Assembly (NCBI GenBank): GCA_041663005.1
Contig: JBAZRK010000001.1
Span: 93,360-157,359, forward strand
DNA from: Minisyncoccota bacterium
GTDB lineage: Bacteria > Patescibacteriota > Minisyncoccia > Phycocordibacterales > UBA9973
Length of the DNA: 64,000 nt
Direction of reading: 5' to 3'
In this document: in pieces, positions 61,221 to 64,000 of the stretch
Numbering within the stretch: the stretch's first letter is position 1
How the letters are laid out: each line of letters opens with the position of its first letter
Position numbers and translations under genes: made by a program
The notes under the pieces: model-generated
The model's database searches: none
What the model saw: only the letters and a program-made list of their open reading frames with translations
Told to the model about the DNA's origin: nothing

Positions 61221-62120
61221 ATGAACAAGAATAAGAAAAAATTAATCACTCATAATGGCTCTTTTCACGCGGACGATATTTTCGCGACTGCGGCGCTGTC
61301 TATTTATTTAGAAAGTAAAGGTGAAGAATTTGAAATCATCCGTACTCGTGACCCGGAAATAATGAAAACCGGTGACTATGTATATGACGTAGGAGGTATC
61401 TATGATGAGGCGACAAATAGATTTGACCATCACCAGGCGGAGGGAGCAGGCACAGGTGCCTACGGGATTGAATATTCTTCGCTCGGGCTAGTCTGGAAAA
61501 AATTTGGGGAAGAGATAGCGGGAGGGTCCAAGCCTGCGAAAATAATCGAGAGAAGGCTTTGCGCGCCGATAGACGCCTGGGACAACGGTTTCGACGTAGT
61601 AAAGAGCGCCCACGAAATATCGCCTTACTATATCCAAAATGTTTTCTTTGCGATGTTGCCGACATGGAAAGAGCATACAGAGGACATTGATAAAGTTTTT
61701 TTGAAATGCGTCGAGCTAGCGAAAATGATTCTCGAGAGAGAAATTATCCAAGCCCGCGATGTGGTTGAAGCCGAAGAAGCCATTCTCTCCGCGTATGAAA
61801 AGTCAGCTGACAAGAGAATTGTAGTGCTCGAGAAAAATTATCCCTTCGAATACGTCCTCTTTAATTTCCCTGAACCAATATACGCGATTTATCCGAGGAA
61901 GACCGGTGACTCCTGGGGGGTGAAGTGCATTCGCAAGGATTTGAAAACTTTTACCAATCGCAAAGACCTGCCGGAATCTTGGGCGGGGTTAAAGGATGAA
62001 GAATTACAAAAAGTTACGGGAGTCGCAGATGCAATATTCTGCCACAGGGCACGCTTCACTGCGGTCGCAAAGTCGAAAGAAGGAGCAATCAAGCTAGCTG
62101 AGCTCGCGGTCAAACAATAA
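61221..62120 (+). CDS. MYG1/UPF0160-family metal-dependent hydrolase
   Basis: N-terminal THNGSFHADD...RFDHHQ histidine-rich motif set. Confidence 0.65.
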   Translation: MNKNKKKLITHNGSFHADDIFATAALSIYLESKGEEFEIIRTRDPEIMKTGDYVYDVGGIYDEATNRFDHHQAEGAGTGAYGIEYSSLGLVWKKFGEEIAGGSKPAKIIERRLCAPIDAWDNGFDVVKSAHEISPYYIQNVFFAMLPTWKEHTEDIDKVFLKCVELAKMILEREIIQARDVVEAEEAILSAYEKSADKRIVVLEKNYPFEYVLFNFPEPIYAIYPRKTGDSWGVKCIRKDLKTFTNRKDLPESWAGLKDEELQKVTGVADAIFCHRARFTAVAKSKEGAIKLAELAVKQ

Positions 62121-62124
62121 ATAT

Positions 62125-63096
62125 ATGGCATTCATTGATGAAATTAAATTTAGTGCGGAAGCCGGTCGCGGTGGCGATGGTGTGGTGCGCTGGCGCCAGG
62201 AGAAGTTCGTGCCGAAAGGCGGGCCTGCGGGAGGTGACGGCGGTCGCGGGGGAAATTTCTACGTCGAAGCAGTTCGCGACATTCACGTTCTATCCAAGTA
62301 CAAGGCCAAGAAAGAATTCGAGGCCGGGCGCGGGGAAGACGGCGGCAAGAAAAGCTTACATGGGAAAAACGGCGAAGACTTTATTTTGAAATTACCGGTG
62401 GGTGCCATTGTTAAGAATCTGGAGACGGATGAAACTTGGGAGCTCGAGAAACCGGGGCAAAGGGTAATGATTTTGAAAGGGGGACACGGAGGCTTCGGTA
62501 ATGAGCATTTCAAAAGTTCCACCAACACGACGCCGAAAGATTTTCGTCCCGGCAAGGATGGTGAGAAAGGAGTGTTTCATGTGGAGCTCGAGCTTTTCGC
62601 AGACATTGGACTTATCGGAGAGCCGAACGCCGGGAAAACTTCACTGCTTAACTCTCTCACCAATGCGGCAGCGAAAGTCGGGGATTATGAGTTCACGACA
62701 CTAGACCCGAACTTGGGAGACTTCTACGGGTATATAATCGCCGATATTCCCGGACTAATAGAAGGTGCTTCAGAGGGCAAAGGTTTGGGTATTAAATTTC
62801 TCCGGCATATTAAACGAACTAAAATGCTCGCCCACCTTGTTTCCTTCGAGAATTCGGCGATGATTAAGCGCTACAAAGAAATAAGGAAAGAATTAAAGAA
62901 ATACGGACAGGGCTTGGATGAAAAAAAGGAAATTATAATCTTGACGAAAAGTGATGTGGTCGACAAGAAATTTGTTGATAAAAAAGTACAAGAATTTAAA
63001 AAAATAAATAGCAAAGTATTTACCCTGACTCTCTACGATGATGCCTCGGTGAAAAAGCTCAGAGACGCACTGGTAAAAATCTTAGAAAAATTGTAA
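62125..63096 (+). CDS. obg: GTPase Obg (no C-terminal TGS/OCT domain)
   Basis: Gly-rich Obg fold (GGRGGNFY), G1 GEPNAGKTS, G3 DIPGLIEGA and G4 TKSD. Confidence 0.85.
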   Translation: MAFIDEIKFSAEAGRGGDGVVRWRQEKFVPKGGPAGGDGGRGGNFYVEAVRDIHVLSKYKAKKEFEAGRGEDGGKKSLHGKNGEDFILKLPVGAIVKNLETDETWELEKPGQRVMILKGGHGGFGNEHFKSSTNTTPKDFRPGKDGEKGVFHVELELFADIGLIGEPNAGKTSLLNSLTNAAAKVGDYEFTTLDPNLGDFYGYIIADIPGLIEGASEGKGLGIKFLRHIKRTKMLAHLVSFENSAMIKRYKEIRKELKKYGQGLDEKKEIIILTKSDVVDKKFVDKKVQEFKKINSKVFTLTLYDDASVKKLRDALVKILEKL

Positions 63097-63107
63097 GATA
63101 ACTAGAT

Positions 63108-64000
63108 ATGAATAAACTTTTCGCATTATTTAAACGTAAATATGTGTACTGGGGCGCCGGAGCCGCTGTTTTACTTGTGGGTGGTTTTTTCTTATTTAGC
63201 GGCGACAACTCTTCAGCAAATACTATTATCATAAATAAGAGCGATTTCGTAAACCAAGTATCCATTTCAGGTAAAGTTGTGACGGCCAGTGAAGCGGATT
63301 TAGGATTTGCTGCTTCCGGCAGAATTGGCCGAATTTATGTTAAGAATAATAACAATGTTAGGGCCGGGCAGACTCTAGCCCAGCTTGAGATTTCCGATTT
63401 ACTGGCGGATTTGAAAATAAAAGAAATAAATTCCAAAACCTCAAGTGCCAGTCTCGACGATGCACGTGAGAATGTGGAAAAAGTAACGACACAGCAAGAC
63501 ACGAAAGTTGAAAGTGCCTATCGGAAACTCTTAGGAGAGGATTTGGATCTCATACCAGACTCAAATTCTTATACCGTAGAGACTCCGACAATTAGCGGGA
63601 TTTATGATGGACCGGAAGGCACCTATAAACTGATAATGGCGAAGGAAAATGTCACCCTTTCCGACGTTAACATGAGAACTTTCGGTTTGGAAAAAACAGA
63701 CAGAGAAATCAATGAGGAGGGTCCTACTCCGCTAGGTACCAGGGGGTTATTCATTTCATTCGAGGATGATGTAGAGACATATGATGATACGACTTGGTTC
63801 CTAAATATACCGAATAAATCCGGGGCATCATATCTTGCCAATTACAATGCCTACAATGAAGCTAAAAAAGCACGCGACCTAGCTATCAAGGACGCTGAGT
63901 TCGAATATCAAAAACTTTTGACGGAAGAGAACGGTGGAATGTCTTCTGTAGCGCAGGCTGAGATAGACAAGATTCGCGCTGACATCCGCAAGAACACTAT
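63108..64000 (+). CDS. HlyD-family periplasmic adaptor (membrane fusion protein); 5' partial ORF that runs off the window
   Basis: N-terminal TM helix, the biotinyl/lipoyl-like hairpin VTASEADLGFAASGRIGRIYVKNNNNVRAGQTLAQLE, and a coiled coil. No stop before 64000. Confidence 0.6.
   Translation, partial: MNKLFALFKRKYVYWGAGAAVLLVGGFFLFSGDNSSANTIIINKSDFVNQVSISGKVVTASEADLGFAASGRIGRIYVKNNNNVRAGQTLAQLEISDLLADLKIKEINSKTSSASLDDARENVEKVTTQQDTKVESAYRKLLGEDLDLIPDSNSYTVETPTISGIYDGPEGTYKLIMAKENVTLSDVNMRTFGLEKTDREINEEGPTPLGTRGLFISFEDDVETYDDTTWFLNIPNKSGASYLANYNAYNEAKKARDLAIKDAEFEYQKLLTEENGGMSSVAQAEIDKIRADIRKNT

Overview
This window is a low-GC bacterial segment of roughly 40% GC judged by eye. Gene content suggests a small, reduced genome; calling it CPR/Patescibacteria-like is inference only. 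It is dense with housekeeping genes.

On the + strand: leuS, a Wzy-like membrane protein, murJ, an MsbA-like ABC exporter, lepA, ftsB-like, a 2-hydroxyacid dehydrogenase, glycerate kinase, eno, ppsA, greA, lysS, mraZ-rsmH-ftsL-ftsI-murF, and yqeY-MYG1-obg. On the - strand: pyrD, valS, tsaD, gdh, trxB, ftsZ-ftsA-ybeY-rpsU, trpB and rmuC. I identified seven tRNA genes by hand-folding: Gly-CCC, Arg-CCT, Phe-GAA, Val-GAC, Glu-TTC, Ser-CGA and Glu-CTC.

Two adjacent stretches stand out as compositionally foreign.

1. About 29.9-33.8 kb is a GC-rich mosaic (roughly 60% GC by eye). It holds small ORFs with strong GC3 bias and GGAGG ribosome-binding sites. They are arranged in cassettes, each closed by an identical 33-nt perfect palindrome plus two structurally conserved hairpins (three copies). 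Two cassettes are driven by a repeated TTGACAGAAC-N-TAATTT promoter/RBS module. A host-like membrane gene is embedded between them.

2. About 33.8-43.1 kb is an AT-rich island of roughly 30-33% GC. It is bounded by tRNA-Glu(TTC) and tRNA-Ser(CGA). It begins with a large serine recombinase whose 3' end is antisense to the tRNA-Glu T-arm/acceptor. It contains an iteron-like repeat array and a highly structured candidate RNA. It also carries a tightly packed five-gene operon whose products have nuclease-type motifs: a PD-(D/E)xK-like C-terminus, a PIN domain, and two HEPN Rx4-6H proteins, one with canonical RNxxxH. I regard this operon as the best candidate for an undescribed defense or toxin-type system.

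A further unusual feature is a roughly 185-residue alpha/beta-hydrolase domain (GHSMGG) inserted into LeuRS just upstream of the editing-domain TTRPDT motif.

All calls rest on motifs I can read directly. No database search or computation was possible. GC values are visual estimates.
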